Below, one piece after another: positions 18,220-28,762 of a stretch of 35,867 bases of DNA (position 1 is its first letter; the number at the start of each line of letters is the position of its first letter). A program made the position numbers and the translations under genes. The stretch covers positions 1 through 35,867 of IMG/VR virus record IMGVR_UViG_3300001348_000041; one strand, 5' to 3'. The notes under the pieces are model-generated. The model was not told where the DNA came from, made no database searches, and saw only the letters and a program-made list of their open reading frames with translations. Source of the stretch: a virus. Taxonomy: Duplodnaviria > Caudoviricetes.

Positions 18220-18998
18220 TGTTTGGATCTTGGTTTTATAACAAGAGAGTTCGTACTGCCGTATCGGTATTCGGTTCTATTTTTAACAATCTTCACGTGT
18301 TGCGACAGAACTCTGCTGGAGAGACTATATCTCAAGTTAAAGTTCCTTTATCATATGCACCCAAGAGATCCTTTATAGAACGTCTTGCGGAAATGCAAAA
18401 GGGTGAGGACGCAGAACGTAGGGTGGCCATCAAGTTACCACGTATGTCGTTCGAGATAACTAACTTGGTGTATGATGCAGAGAGGCAGTTACCCAAGGTA
18501 AACCAGTTCACCAGATCCGTAACTGACGTTACTAAGAAGAAGAAATTCTATACATCTGTTCCTTACACAATGGGGTTTCAATTGAACGTATATGCAAAGT
18601 CTCAGGATGATGCGTTACAGATAGTCGAACAGGTTATACCTTATTTCAATCCGCAGTATACTTTGTCGGTAAAACCATTTACTGATTACGCAGAGATTGT
18701 TGAGGATGTGCCGATTATACTTAATGGTATTTCTTTCTCAGATGACTTCGAGGGATCGGTAGGACAAAGACGTACTATCATATACACTCTGGACTTTGAA
18801 ATGAAGATGTCATTCTATGGCCCAGACAAAGATTCATCTATCATCCGTGAAGTGGACGCAAACTTCTTCTTAAAAGAAGAGGGTTTCAACGACAGTGACC
18901 TATTTGTCGAAAGACTAAATATAACACCAAGTCCCACTAATGTGTCACCAGATAGTGACTACGGGTTTAATGAACTACTGTATGATATCGAGAAATAA
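18219..18998 (+). CDS. gp15: Tail sheath stabiliser and completion protein gp15
   Basis: VPLSYAPK, LPRMSFE and QIVEQVIPYFNP motifs. Confidence 0.92.
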   Translation: MFGSWFYNKRVRTAVSVFGSIFNNLHVLRQNSAGETISQVKVPLSYAPKRSFIERLAEMQKGEDAERRVAIKLPRMSFEITNLVYDAERQLPKVNQFTRSVTDVTKKKKFYTSVPYTMGFQLNVYAKSQDDALQIVEQVIPYFNPQYTLSVKPFTDYAEIVEDVPIILNGISFSDDFEGSVGQRRTIIYTLDFEMKMSFYGPDKDSSIIREVDANFFLKEEGFNDSDLFVERLNITPSPTNVSPDSDYGFNELLYDIEK

Positions 18999-19351
18999 TG
19001 GCTGATGATAAGAATGTTAACACGGATTATGAGTACTCTCGCGATACCTACTACGAGTTAATCGAGAAGGGTAGAGAGTCGTTAGAACTCATGATTGAAG
19101 TGGCACGGGAGTCAGAACACCCCCGTGCATTTGAAGTATTATCCGGAATGATAAAGAACATTTCGGATGTTAACGATAAACTGATGGACTTGAACAAAAA
19201 GAACAAGGACATTAAACAAGAACCCAAACAGATTGGACAAGAAGGTGGAACCACCAACAACAATGTGTTTATAGGTTCTACTGCTGACCTTCAGCGAATA
19301 CTACGTGATGAGGAAAAAGTGATTGATGTTGAACCCAGCAGAGAAGAATAA
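18998..19351 (+). CDS. gp16: Terminase small subunit gp16
   Basis: DYEYSR, HPRAFEV and NNNVFIGSTADLQ motifs. Confidence 0.9.
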   Translation: MADDKNVNTDYEYSRDTYYELIEKGRESLELMIEVARESEHPRAFEVLSGMIKNISDVNDKLMDLNKKNKDIKQEPKQIGQEGGTTNNNVFIGSTADLQRILRDEEKVIDVEPSREE

Positions 19352-20960
19352 CTACCTCGGTAATCCCAACGTAAAGAAAGATGGGGTTGCAGAGGAGTGG
19401 ACTGAGGAGTCGGTAAAAGAATACGCTAAGTGTATGAATGACCCAGCGTATTTTGCAAGAACCTACGTAAAGATTATATCACTTGATGACGGATTGGTTA
19501 ACTTTAACTTGTATCCATATCAAGAGAATATGTTTAACCACTTTAACGATAATCGTTTCTGCGTAGTACTTGCTTGCCGTCAATCGGGAAAAAGTATTTC
19601 GTCTGTGGTTTACATTCTATGGTACGCGATATTTCATCCAGAAAAAACAATTGCAGTTCTTGCCAACAAAGGTGCAACTGCAAGGGAGATGTTAGGTCGT
19701 GTTACGCTCGCATTGGAAAACTTACCGTTCTTTTTACAGCCAGGTTGTAAAGCACTCAATAAAGGTAGTATTGAGTTTAGTAATAACTCTAGAATTATTG
19801 CAGCTGCCACCTCAGGCAGTTCTATTCGTGGTATGTCTGTCAACCTCCTGTTTCTTGATGAGTTCGCTTTTGTGGAAAGAGCAAATGAATTCTACACTTC
19901 CACATATCCTGTCGTGTCGGCTGGTCGAGAAACTAAAGTCATTATTACATCTACCGCCAACGGAATCGGAAACCCATTCGAGAAAATCTGGACAGGTGCA
20001 AAGCAAGGAGTAAATGATTTTAAACCATTTGAGGTCAACTGGCATGATGTGCCAGGCAGGGACGAAGAATGGAAACGACAGACAGTAGCGAACACATCAC
20101 AACTTCAGTTCGATCAAGAATTTGGTAACACCTTCTTCGGAACAGGTGACACACTAATAAACGCAGAGACACTTCTATCTCTACGTGCATCTAACCCCAT
20201 CGAATATCTAAATGGTGGGGACTTCCTAGTTTACGATAAACCACAACCACAACATGAATATCTCATGATGGTGGACGTAGCGAAAGGAAGAGGACAGGAC
20301 TATTCTACGTTTAACGTAATCGACATTAGCGTGAAACCTTTTAAACAGGTCGCCGTCTATCGCAATAATTCTATATCGCCTGTGCTTTTTCCTAATATTA
20401 TATATAAGTATGCGAATCTCTACAACGAAGCATATGTGGTAATCGAGTCAAATGATCAAGGTACGGTCGTATGTAATGGGTTGTATTATGATCTAGAATA
20501 TGAGAACGTGTTTGTATCATCTGCGGTAAAGTCGGACTCCATTGGTATTGAGATGACCCGCAAGACTAAACGTCTAGGTTGTACTGCAATCAAGGATATT
20601 CTTGAGGAGAAGAAACTAGAGATCGTGGATGAGAATACCATCTTGGAGATATCTACCTTCGTAGGTAAAGGACAATCATACGAGGCGAGTGATGGTAACC
20701 ATGATGACTTGATGATGAACCTAGTAATGTTTGGATACTTTGTATCAACACAGTTCTTTGCGGATATGACCGACATCAACCTAAAAGAGATGATGTTTGA
20801 GGAACAGATGAGACAGATAGAAAACGATGTTCCTCCAGCTGGATTTATCGATGATGGGACAGAATATATCGCGCATGAAGAGTCTCAGAGATTAGAGGGT
20901 GAGGATATTGAGGATTGGATGAACAGAACACATGGCACTGTAGGTGTAAGTGAATGGTAA
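19323..20960 (+). CDS. gp17: Terminase large subunit gp17
   Basis: YLGNPN, Walker A RQSGKS, Walker B LFLDEFAF, nuclease motifs DVAKGRGQDYS and HDDLMM. Confidence 0.97.
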   Translation: MMLNPAEKNNYLGNPNVKKDGVAEEWTEESVKEYAKCMNDPAYFARTYVKIISLDDGLVNFNLYPYQENMFNHFNDNRFCVVLACRQSGKSISSVVYILWYAIFHPEKTIAVLANKGATAREMLGRVTLALENLPFFLQPGCKALNKGSIEFSNNSRIIAAATSGSSIRGMSVNLLFLDEFAFVERANEFYTSTYPVVSAGRETKVIITSTANGIGNPFEKIWTGAKQGVNDFKPFEVNWHDVPGRDEEWKRQTVANTSQLQFDQEFGNTFFGTGDTLINAETLLSLRASNPIEYLNGGDFLVYDKPQPQHEYLMMVDVAKGRGQDYSTFNVIDISVKPFKQVAVYRNNSISPVLFPNIIYKYANLYNEAYVVIESNDQGTVVCNGLYYDLEYENVFVSSAVKSDSIGIEMTRKTKRLGCTAIKDILEEKKLEIVDENTILEISTFVGKGQSYEASDGNHDDLMMNLVMFGYFVSTQFFADMTDINLKEMMFEEQMRQIENDVPPAGFIDDGTEYIAHEESQRLEGEDIEDWMNRTHGTVGVSEW

Positions 20961-20972
20961 AATACCCGAATG

Positions 20973-20980
20973 TATAAATA
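20973..20980 (+). promoter_or_regulatory. T4-type late promoter
   Basis: TATAAATA upstream of gp18. Confidence 0.85.
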
Positions 20981-21046
20981 AAGGTATTGAAGAAAAAATC
21001 GTATAATGTACACTTATAATTCGCAAACCGAAAAAAGGAAAAAGTT

Positions 21047-22831
21047 ATGGCAACATCAGCTTCTCCCGCAATTGTAGTCAAAGAGATTGATCTCACTGGT
21101 GTAGTACCCAGTGTAACGTCATCGACTGGCGCCTTTGTTGGGAATTTTCGTTGGGGGCCTGTACAAGAACGCACACTAGTAGCAGATGAATCTGGTCTAG
21201 TAAGCGTCTTCGCTGCACCCGACACAAGTAATGCCGTAGATTTTATATCTGCTGCAACATTCTTAAAATATTCAAACTCACTTTACGTTGTACGTGAAGC
21301 AACGGACTCTGCCGTTAATGCAAGTTCTTCTCATGTAGTAGGTATCGAAGATGTTGATAGTTCTGGTATGGCGATTCAAATTCGCAACCGTGATCATTTC
21401 GACACATTGAACCTAGGCGTAGTCGGAACATCGAACACTGGTTCTTTTGTCGCTAAGTACCCTGGCGAGTTAGGTAACGCATTAGCGGTCTCCTTCTGTC
21501 CTGCTGGCGATTCTGCTTTTGATCTTTGGGATTACAAAGGCGCATTCGACCAAGCTGCGGGAACTTCACCGTACTTGACAGCAATTAACGATTCATCAAC
21601 TAATGATGAAATGCACGTTGCTGTTGTCGATCGTACTGGTGCAATCTCTGGTACTAAAGGAACTGTTCTAGAAACATTCCCACACGTATCTACACTGAAA
21701 GGTGCTTCGACTCCAGATGGAACCCCGAACTACATCTCAGACGTTATCAACAATAAGTCTAACTACATTTGGAACGGTTACTTCGGTGACGATTCTGCGT
21801 TTGGTGTAGCACACGATAACTTCGGAGATCTGATCGGAGAGACCGCTTCTGTCGATTCTGCTCAAGACTACGGTACCCCATTGGCCGGTTGGACAAACGC
21901 AAAAAGCGTTGTTAGTTTGGGTCGAGGAACAGATGGTTCTGATATCGGTACTGGCGAATACGCTACTGGTTTTGATCTGTTCGAAGACGTTGAAACTGTA
22001 CAAGTTGACATGTTGATTGCTCCTGCTCACGCTAACAAGACTGACGGTAACACTGTTGTAAATGATCTTGTTGGAATTGCTAAAGGACGTAAAGATTGTG
22101 TTGTAACTACTTCCCCCGATAAGGCTTCGATTACAGGTACTACTCCTGTAACTAGCACTACTTCGTTTGCGAGTGGTTGTACCCGATCATCATACCTAGT
22201 TGTTGATAACAACTGGTTCAAGGTATATGACAAGTATAACGACCAATACATCCAAATCCCAGCTAACGCTGGTACCGCCGGTCTATTCGCTGGTACTGAC
22301 GCAGTAGCTGCGCCATGGTTCTCTCCTGCTGGACAGAGACGTGGTAACTACTTGGGTGTAACAGACATTCTATCTAACCCTAACAAGACTCAGAGAGATA
22401 CTCTGTATAAAGCAGGTGTTAACCCAATCGCCAACATTCCTGGCGCTGGTGTTATCCTGTTCGGTGACAAGACCTTTGAATCACGTCCAAGTGCATTCGA
22501 TCGAATTAACGTTCGTAGATTGTTCCTTGTTCTTGAACGTCAAATTGCTCTTGCTGCCAAGAACGTAATGTTTGAATTCAATGACGAGTTTACTCGTGCA
22601 GAGTTTACAAACATCGTAGAACCTTTACTTCGTGAAGTACAGGGTCGAAGAGGTATCACTGACTTCCGTGTCGTTTGTGACGAAACAAACAACACACCAG
22701 CAGTCATTGATAGAAATGAATTTATCGCTTCAATCTTCATCAAACCCGCCCGTTCTATTAACTTCGTAACGTTGAATTTCGTTGCAGTTAGAACTGGTGT
22801 TGAGTTTGACGAAGTAGTTGGCACGGTATAA
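21047..22831 (+). CDS. gp18: Tail sheath protein gp18
   Basis: SP..VVKEIDLT, F.WGP, PWFSPAG..RG, FDRINVRRLF and IKPARSINF motifs. Confidence 0.97.
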   Translation: MATSASPAIVVKEIDLTGVVPSVTSSTGAFVGNFRWGPVQERTLVADESGLVSVFAAPDTSNAVDFISAATFLKYSNSLYVVREATDSAVNASSSHVVGIEDVDSSGMAIQIRNRDHFDTLNLGVVGTSNTGSFVAKYPGELGNALAVSFCPAGDSAFDLWDYKGAFDQAAGTSPYLTAINDSSTNDEMHVAVVDRTGAISGTKGTVLETFPHVSTLKGASTPDGTPNYISDVINNKSNYIWNGYFGDDSAFGVAHDNFGDLIGETASVDSAQDYGTPLAGWTNAKSVVSLGRGTDGSDIGTGEYATGFDLFEDVETVQVDMLIAPAHANKTDGNTVVNDLVGIAKGRKDCVVTTSPDKASITGTTPVTSTTSFASGCTRSSYLVVDNNWFKVYDKYNDQYIQIPANAGTAGLFAGTDAVAAPWFSPAGQRRGNYLGVTDILSNPNKTQRDTLYKAGVNPIANIPGAGVILFGDKTFESRPSAFDRINVRRLFLVLERQIALAAKNVMFEFNDEFTRAEFTNIVEPLLREVQGRRGITDFRVVCDETNNTPAVIDRNEFIASIFIKPARSINFVTLNFVAVRTGVEFDEVVGTV

Positions 22832-22844
22832 GGGGAGATAAGAA

Positions 22845-23372
22845 ATGGCTGTATTAGGTGTAGATGACTTTAAGTCAAAACTCCGTGGTGGCGGTGCTCG
22901 TCCCAATCTCTTCAAGGCAACATTGAACTTCCCTGCTTACGCTGGTGGAGATGTAGAACTTGCATCTTTCCTATGTAAGACAGCGGCATTACCTGTGTCA
23001 GAAATGGCACTGGTAACTGTTCCGTTCCGTGGACGCCAATTGAAGATTGCGGGCGATCGTACTTTCGCTAACTGGACTGTAACTGTAATCAACGACACAG
23101 ACTTCAGTGTTCGTGACGCTATGGAGCGTTGGATGAATGGTATTAATGCACACGCTGCAAATACTGGTTTGTCTAACCCTGTAGATTACGAAGCTGATCT
23201 GTCAGTTGATCAACTAGACCGCAATGGAGATGTATTGAAAACATACAACTTCCGTGGTTGTTTCCCGACTAATGTGTCGGAGATTGCATTGTCTTACGAG
23301 ACTAATGATGCGATCGAAGAGTTTACTGTAGAATTTGCTATCCAATATTGGGAATCAAATACTACTAGTTAA
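22845..23372 (+). CDS. gp19: Tail tube protein gp19
   Basis: GGARPNLF, FRGR.LKIAGDRTF..WT.TV.ND and IEEFTV motifs. Confidence 0.95.
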   Translation: MAVLGVDDFKSKLRGGGARPNLFKATLNFPAYAGGDVELASFLCKTAALPVSEMALVTVPFRGRQLKIAGDRTFANWTVTVINDTDFSVRDAMERWMNGINAHAANTGLSNPVDYEADLSVDQLDRNGDVLKTYNFRGCFPTNVSEIALSYETNDAIEEFTVEFAIQYWESNTTS

Positions 23373-23389
23373 TTCTGGTATAAGTAATG

Positions 23390-23423
23390 AATGGAAGGGG
23401 GGAATTGTCTCCCCTTCCATTTT
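23390..23423 (+). terminator. Intrinsic terminator-like hairpin after gp19
   Basis: aatggaagggggga-attg-tctccccttccatt followed by further T residues. Confidence 0.7.
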
Positions 23424-23446
23424 ACTATTAAGTTTTGAGGTTTTAA

Positions 23447-24949
23447 ATGGCAGAAGACAATAATGGTCTAAAACTCTTTGGTTTTGAAATAAAGAGAGCG
23501 ACCAAGGACAAGGACAAAGAAAAACTACCTTCTATCGTACCAACGGCTGATCCCGATGGTGCAGGGTACGTTACTGCCAGTGGTTCACACTTCGGTGCAT
23601 ACATTGATATGGACGGTGCGGACTCTAAGGACAACACACAACAAATTCAGAAATACAGGGGTGTTGCACAACATCCTGAAGTCGATGCTGCTATCGAAGA
23701 TATTATCAACGAGTCTATCTCTGGTTCAGAAATGGAATCTCCGGTTGGTCTGGATCTCGATAAGGTAAAAGCATCAGATAAGATTAAGAAGAACATCATT
23801 GAAGAGTTTGAAGGCATCTGCGCGATGTTGAACTTCAATGAGTTAGGTCACGACATGTTCCGTTCGTGGTATGTAGATGGTCGTCTGTATCACCACTTGG
23901 TGGTAAACGAATCTAACCTGAAGGCGGGTATCCAAGAGATCCGTCCCATTGATGCTGCAAAGGTACGTAAAGTTCGTGAAGTAAAATATAAGAAAGATCC
24001 CACGACTAACGCAAAGATTGTAGAGAAGACCGAAGAGTTTTACATCTACCAAGAGAAATCTGGTACGCAGTCCGGTGTTAAGTTAAGTCCAGATTCAGTA
24101 TCCTATGTTACGTCTGGTCTACTAGATCCTTCTAGAAAACGTGTAGTATCTTTCCTACATAAGGCAATCAAACCGATTAACCAATTGCGTATGATGGAAG
24201 ATTCATTGGTAATCTACCGTCTCGCACGTGCGCCTGAACGCAGAATCTTTTATATAGATGTTGGTAACTTGCCTCCACAGAAGGCAGAGAAACACATGAA
24301 AGACATCATGTCTCGTTATCGTAACAAGTTAGTATACGATGCGAACACAGGTCAATTGAAAGATGATCGTAAACATATGTCTATGTTGGAAGACTTCTGG
24401 TTACCACGTAAAGAGGGTGGTCGTGGTACTGAGATCTCTACACTGCCTGGCGGTGAGAATCTTGGTCAGATCGATGACATTGTATACTTCCAGAAACGTC
24501 TATATAGATCTTTGAATGTTCCACTGTCGCGTTTGGAACAAGAGGCCCAGTTCTCTCTAGGTCGTGCGACAGAGATCAACAGAGATGAAGTTAAGTTCCA
24601 GAAGTTCATTGATCGTCTGAGAAAACGCTTCGCAACGTTGTTCCTAAATATCCTTCGTAAACAGTTAATACTTAAAGGTATTATCACTGAGTTGGATTGG
24701 GAAAATTGGAAGAACGACATCACGGTTGACTATATACGTGATAACCACTTCACTGAACTGAAGGATGCAGAAGTACTCAGAGAACGTCTACAAACTATGG
24801 ATCAAGTATCTCAGTATGTAGGGGAATACTTCTCTAAAGAGTGGGTTTGGAAGAACGTGTTACAAATGCAAGAAGATGAAGTTGAGACTATCTTGAAACA
24901 GATCGCAACCGAATCTAATGCAGAGACAGGAAATGAAGACGAATTTTAA
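23447..24949 (+). CDS. gp20: Portal protein gp20
   Basis: WYVDGR, IYRLARAPERRIFYIDVGN and EDFWLPR.EGGRGTEI.TLPGG motifs. Confidence 0.97.
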   Translation: MAEDNNGLKLFGFEIKRATKDKDKEKLPSIVPTADPDGAGYVTASGSHFGAYIDMDGADSKDNTQQIQKYRGVAQHPEVDAAIEDIINESISGSEMESPVGLDLDKVKASDKIKKNIIEEFEGICAMLNFNELGHDMFRSWYVDGRLYHHLVVNESNLKAGIQEIRPIDAAKVRKVREVKYKKDPTTNAKIVEKTEEFYIYQEKSGTQSGVKLSPDSVSYVTSGLLDPSRKRVVSFLHKAIKPINQLRMMEDSLVIYRLARAPERRIFYIDVGNLPPQKAEKHMKDIMSRYRNKLVYDANTGQLKDDRKHMSMLEDFWLPRKEGGRGTEISTLPGGENLGQIDDIVYFQKRLYRSLNVPLSRLEQEAQFSLGRATEINRDEVKFQKFIDRLRKRFATLFLNILRKQLILKGIITELDWENWKNDITVDYIRDNHFTELKDAEVLRERLQTMDQVSQYVGEYFSKEWVWKNVLQMQEDEVETILKQIATESNAETGNEDEF

Positions 24950-24961
24950 TTGGAGAAAATC

Positions 24962-25264
24962 ATGAGTGATACAGAAACAACTGAAGTACAAGAACCTACG
25001 CAGATGGAACTGAACCTAAACCAGTTTGTAGATGCAATTCAGGCGTCCAACTTTAATAACGCTGGAGATCTATTCAACGACATGTTGGGTAGTAAGATGC
25101 AAGATGCTATGGATGCCGAGAAAGTTGCGGTAGCCGATACCATCTTCAATAACGCACCAGAAGAAGAAGAAGAAGAGATCGAAGATCTTGAACTAGAACT
25201 CGATGAATATGAGTTTGGTGTAGAAGAATCTGAAGAAGAATCTGAAGAAGACGAACTTTCTTAA
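24962..25264 (+). CDS. Acidic prohead core protein (gp67-like position)
   Basis: ATG at 24962 after ggag, highly acidic C-terminus, located between gp20 and gp21. Confidence 0.6.
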   Translation: MSDTETTEVQEPTQMELNLNQFVDAIQASNFNNAGDLFNDMLGSKMQDAMDAEKVAVADTIFNNAPEEEEEEIEDLELELDEYEFGVEESEEESEEDELS

Positions 25265-25293
25265 TAATAATTCGATCTAAAAAACTTTTTTTG

Positions 25294-25301
25294 TATAAAT
25301 A
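25294..25301 (+). promoter_or_regulatory. T4-type late promoter
   Basis: Intergenic TATAAATA. Confidence 0.85.
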
Positions 25302-25327
25302 AATGTACAAACAGGAAAAAACTTATA

Positions 25328-25549
25328 GTGAAAACATTTAAACAGATCCGCGAAGCAAAGAAGTATAAGGGTGAAACCGTGTACTCCGCGAAGACTAAAG
25401 GGTCTGTAAAGGTTCCTGTAGTTATTGTAAAAGAACCTAAAGGTTACTGCGTGTATATAGACGGTGACAAGTTAGATGTATTCAAGACTGAGTCTGAAGC
25501 AATGAAGACTTTGGTCTCAACTGTCAAAGCACTAGGTGGTAAACTCTAA
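25328..25549 (+). CDS. Small basic prohead-associated protein (gp68-like position)
   Basis: MKTFKQIRE start typical of T4-like head-internal proteins; immediately upstream of gp21. Confidence 0.55.
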   Translation: MKTFKQIREAKKYKGETVYSAKTKGSVKVPVVIVKEPKGYCVYIDGDKLDVFKTESEAMKTLVSTVKALGGKL

Positions 25550-26208
25550 TGAAGTTAATTAGCGAATTTAAAGAAAACGATCTTGAATGTATCGTAGAGA
25601 AGAAAGAAAATGGCGATAAGAATTACGTCATTGAAGGAATCTTCATTCAAACAGAATCAAAGAATAGAAACGGACGTATTTACCCTAAACCAATTATGGA
25701 GAAGGCAGTAAACGCATACGTTGAATCCCAAGTTAGTAAGAAACGTGCGGTAGGTGAATTGAATCACCCTGAAGGCCCTACGGTTAACTTGGATAAAGTT
25801 TCTCACCTCATCACTGATCTTCGTTTCGAAGGTAATGATGTGGTAGGAAAGGCACAAATATTGGATACTCCAATGGGTAAGATTGTTAAAGGTCTCCTTG
25901 ATGGTGGTGTACAATTGGGTGTGTCAACTCGTGGAATGGGAAGTCTGGAACAAAGAAATGGCGCAATGTATGTCAAAGACGACTTTATTCTTAGTACGGT
26001 AGATATCGTACAAGACCCCTCAGCACCTGACGCTTTTGTCAATGGAATTATGGAAGGTGTAGATTGGGTCTGGAATAACGGCATTTTGGAACCCCAGATT
26101 ATTGAAGATATGGAGACAGAAATTAAAACCGCACCGAAAGCATTTCAATCCGAAGTGCAGATTCGGGAGTTTAAGAATTTCCTCTCGTTAATCAAATCTA
26201 ATATGTAA
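25549..26208 (+). CDS. gp21: Prohead protease gp21
   Basis: NRNGRIYP, GELNHP, GVSTRGMGS and DIVQDPSAPDA motifs. Confidence 0.95.
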   Translation: MKLISEFKENDLECIVEKKENGDKNYVIEGIFIQTESKNRNGRIYPKPIMEKAVNAYVESQVSKKRAVGELNHPEGPTVNLDKVSHLITDLRFEGNDVVGKAQILDTPMGKIVKGLLDGGVQLGVSTRGMGSLEQRNGAMYVKDDFILSTVDIVQDPSAPDAFVNGIMEGVDWVWNNGILEPQIIEDMETEIKTAPKAFQSEVQIREFKNFLSLIKSNM

Positions 26209-26218
26209 GGAGTCAATA

Positions 26219-27244
26219 ATGACTGAAGAAAATAAAGTCGAAGTTGAACTTCACGATGAAGAAATTAACGACATTGTGGAGGAAACTCTCGAAGAAGCAC
26301 AAGCAGAAGTCGTAGAAGCTACGGATGATACTCCGGTAACGGAACCAGAATCTGTCGCATCTGTGGATAAAGCTGCTGGCGCAACAAAACAGGCACAAGC
26401 ACCTAAGACCAAAGCCGGTCTGTTGAATGCAATGTATGTCACCGCTTCTAAAATGAAGAAAGGTGAACTACAAGCTGCATACGACAAAATGATGGGCGGT
26501 AAGGTAGACGAGTCTGTTGCAGAATCTATCGATACAACTTCCGAGTTGGATGCGTTGGTAGAATCTGAAGCCACTCTTTCAGAAGAGTTTAAAGAGAAGA
26601 CTGCTGTAATTTTTGAAGCTGCTGTCCGTTCTAAGTTAAGCGAAGAAGTTGATCGTTTAGAAGAACAGTACAAAGAAGAACTGTCTGAAGAAGTATCTGC
26701 TGTTAAAGCTGATCTTGTTGAGAAAGTAGATTCTTACATGAATTACGTTGTCGAATCTTGGATGGAAGATAACAAGGTTGCGGTACAGAACGGTCTCCGT
26801 ACTGAAATCGCTGAATCATTCATGGGTAAAATGAAAGATCTATTCGTAGAATCTTACATCGATGTCCCTGAAGCAAAAGTTGACCTAGTTGACGAACTTG
26901 CAGAACAAGTAACTGAGTTAGAAGAAAAACTTAACTCAACTACTGGTGACGCAATCAAGTTAAGCGAAGAACTCGAAGTACTGAAGCGTGATGCAATCAT
27001 CGCTGAAGCATCTCGTGGACTTGCTGACACCCAAGTAGAGAAGTTAAAAGGACTTATCGAAGGAATCGACTTTGACGAAGAAACATTCGCGTCTAAAGTA
27101 GGTATCGTAATCGAGTCACACTTCGCTAAAGAACCTGTTGATAACGCAGAAGTTGAACAAATTGTAGAAGATGCGGACACAACCGTAGAAACCTCAAGTT
27201 CAATGGATGCATACGTTAACGCTATCAAAAAAACTATTAAGTAA
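26219..27244 (+). CDS. gp22: Prohead scaffold protein gp22
   Basis: Acidic coiled coil, LSEEFKEK..VIFEAAV and VDSYMNYVVE.W motifs; gene order. Confidence 0.92.
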   Translation: MTEENKVEVELHDEEINDIVEETLEEAQAEVVEATDDTPVTEPESVASVDKAAGATKQAQAPKTKAGLLNAMYVTASKMKKGELQAAYDKMMGGKVDESVAESIDTTSELDALVESEATLSEEFKEKTAVIFEAAVRSKLSEEVDRLEEQYKEELSEEVSAVKADLVEKVDSYMNYVVESWMEDNKVAVQNGLRTEIAESFMGKMKDLFVESYIDVPEAKVDLVDELAEQVTELEEKLNSTTGDAIKLSEELEVLKRDAIIAEASRGLADTQVEKLKGLIEGIDFDEETFASKVGIVIESHFAKEPVDNAEVEQIVEDADTTVETSSSMDAYVNAIKKTIK

Positions 27245-27255
27245 GGATTATTAAA

Positions 27256-28596
27256 ATGCAACAATCTTACGATACTCTTATCGAAAAATGGTCTCCAGTA
27301 CTGAACGAAAGTTCTGCTGGCGCAATCACCGATCACCACCGTAAAGCGGTAACTGCTGCAATCTTGGAAAACCAAGAACGCGCAATGGCCGAGTCACGTT
27401 CTGCTGAGATGGGTTTCATGACCGAAGCTGCACCTGCTGGTGCTAACACTGGTTCAATCGGCACTTGGGATCCAATCTTGATCTCTTTGGTTCGCCGTGC
27501 GATGCCTAACCTTATCGCATACGATGTATGTGGTGTACAACCTATGAATGGCCCAACTGGTCTCATCTTCGCGATGAAGGCACGTTATGGTGCTGGTGCT
27601 ACTGGTTCACGTGAAGCACTATTCGGTGAAGCTGAGACTCAGTTCTCTGGCGACTCTGCTGGTACTCACGACAGTGACAACGTTTCTGGTTTCAATGGCA
27701 TCTCTGACTCTGCTACTCCAGACGGTACTTTAGACGACAACCGTCTAACTGCACTTGGTGCATCTGGTATGCCTACTGCTGACGCAGAAGCACTTGGTTC
27801 AAGTGGTGGTTCTACTTTCAAAGAAATGGGTTTCACTATCGAGAAGCAAAGTGTTACTGCTGTATCTCGTGCGTTGAAAGCTGAGTACAGTTTAGAACTT
27901 GCTCAAGACTTGAAAGCAATCCACGGTCTAGACGCAGAAACTGAGTTGGCGAACATCTTGTCAACTGAGATCCTTGCTGAAATCAACCGCGAAGTAATTC
28001 GTACTATCAACTCTCAAGCAAAAACTGGTGCGTTGCAAGCTAACGTTACTAAGAGCGGTGTCTTCGATCTGTCTTCAGATGCTGACGGTCGTTGGTCTGC
28101 TGAGAAGTTCAAAGGTCTGACTGTTCAGATCGATCGCGAATGTAACGTGATCGCTAAAGAAACTCGCCGTGGTAAAGGTAACGTACTTATCTGTTCTTCA
28201 GATGTTGCTACTGCACTTGCTGCTGCTGGTACTTTGGACTATAGTCCTGCTATGTCTAACAACCTTCAGGTTGATGACACTGGTAACACTTTCGCTGGTA
28301 TACTTAACGGTCGTATCAAAGTATACATCGATCCATATGCCCAGACTGACTACTGTACTGTAGGTTATAAAGGTCAAAACGCATATGACAGTGGTGTATT
28401 CTACTGCCCATATGTTCCTTTACAGATGGTTAAGGCTGTTGGTGAAGATACTTTCCAACCAAAAATCGGTTTCAAGACTCGCTACGGCATGGCTTCTAAC
28501 CCATATGTTGGTGGTACTCCAACTAGTAATGGTCTTGCTGCTGCAAAGAGCAACCAATACTACCGTATCTTCCGTGTGGACAACATCCTCACATAA
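27256..28596 (+). CDS. gp23: Major capsid protein gp23
   Basis: GVQPM.GPTGLIFA, ELAQDLKAIHGLDAE.EL..ILSTEI..EINRE and FQPKIGFKTRYG motifs. Confidence 0.98.
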   Translation: MQQSYDTLIEKWSPVLNESSAGAITDHHRKAVTAAILENQERAMAESRSAEMGFMTEAAPAGANTGSIGTWDPILISLVRRAMPNLIAYDVCGVQPMNGPTGLIFAMKARYGAGATGSREALFGEAETQFSGDSAGTHDSDNVSGFNGISDSATPDGTLDDNRLTALGASGMPTADAEALGSSGGSTFKEMGFTIEKQSVTAVSRALKAEYSLELAQDLKAIHGLDAETELANILSTEILAEINREVIRTINSQAKTGALQANVTKSGVFDLSSDADGRWSAEKFKGLTVQIDRECNVIAKETRRGKGNVLICSSDVATALAAAGTLDYSPAMSNNLQVDDTGNTFAGILNGRIKVYIDPYAQTDYCTVGYKGQNAYDSGVFYCPYVPLQMVKAVGEDTFQPKIGFKTRYGMASNPYVGGTPTSNGLAAAKSNQYYRIFRVDNILT

Positions 28597-28636
28597 GAAG
28601 TATAAAAATAAGAGTGAGGTTAACTCACCACATTTT

Positions 28637-28663
28637 AAGGGACTCTTCGGAGTCCCTTTTTTT
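28637..28663 (+). terminator. Rho-independent terminator after gp23
   Basis: aagggactc-ttcg-gagtccc followed by a run of seven T. Confidence 0.92.
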
Positions 28664-28668
28664 ATGCG

Positions 28669-28676
28669 TATAAATA
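28669..28676 (+). promoter_or_regulatory. T4-type late promoter
   Basis: TATAAATA just after the gp23 terminator. Confidence 0.8.
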
Positions 28677-28762
28677 ACTCTGTTCACGAACTGAATGTCG
28701 AAGTATGAGACGGTATTACCGTTGTGTCTGGTTACCCAGTAATCTAAAAACAGGAGATAGTT

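Noticed and set aside
23379-23386. TATAAGTA as a late promoter for gp20 (similarly CATAAATA near 11095 and 15464)
   Set aside because: Each has one mismatch to the consensus in AT-rich context. They are plausible but not supportable from sequence alone.
25159-25252. GAA-rich short tandem repeats
   Set aside because: They simply encode the acidic tail of the prohead core protein.
26251-27566. Long antisense ORFs over gp22 and gp23
   Set aside because: Expected by-product of biased codon usage in highly expressed genes, with no recognisable motifs.
19323-28596. Introns, inteins or homing endonucleases in gp17, gp18, gp20 or gp23
   Set aside because: The ORFs are continuous, of ordinary length and lack intein or endonuclease motifs.
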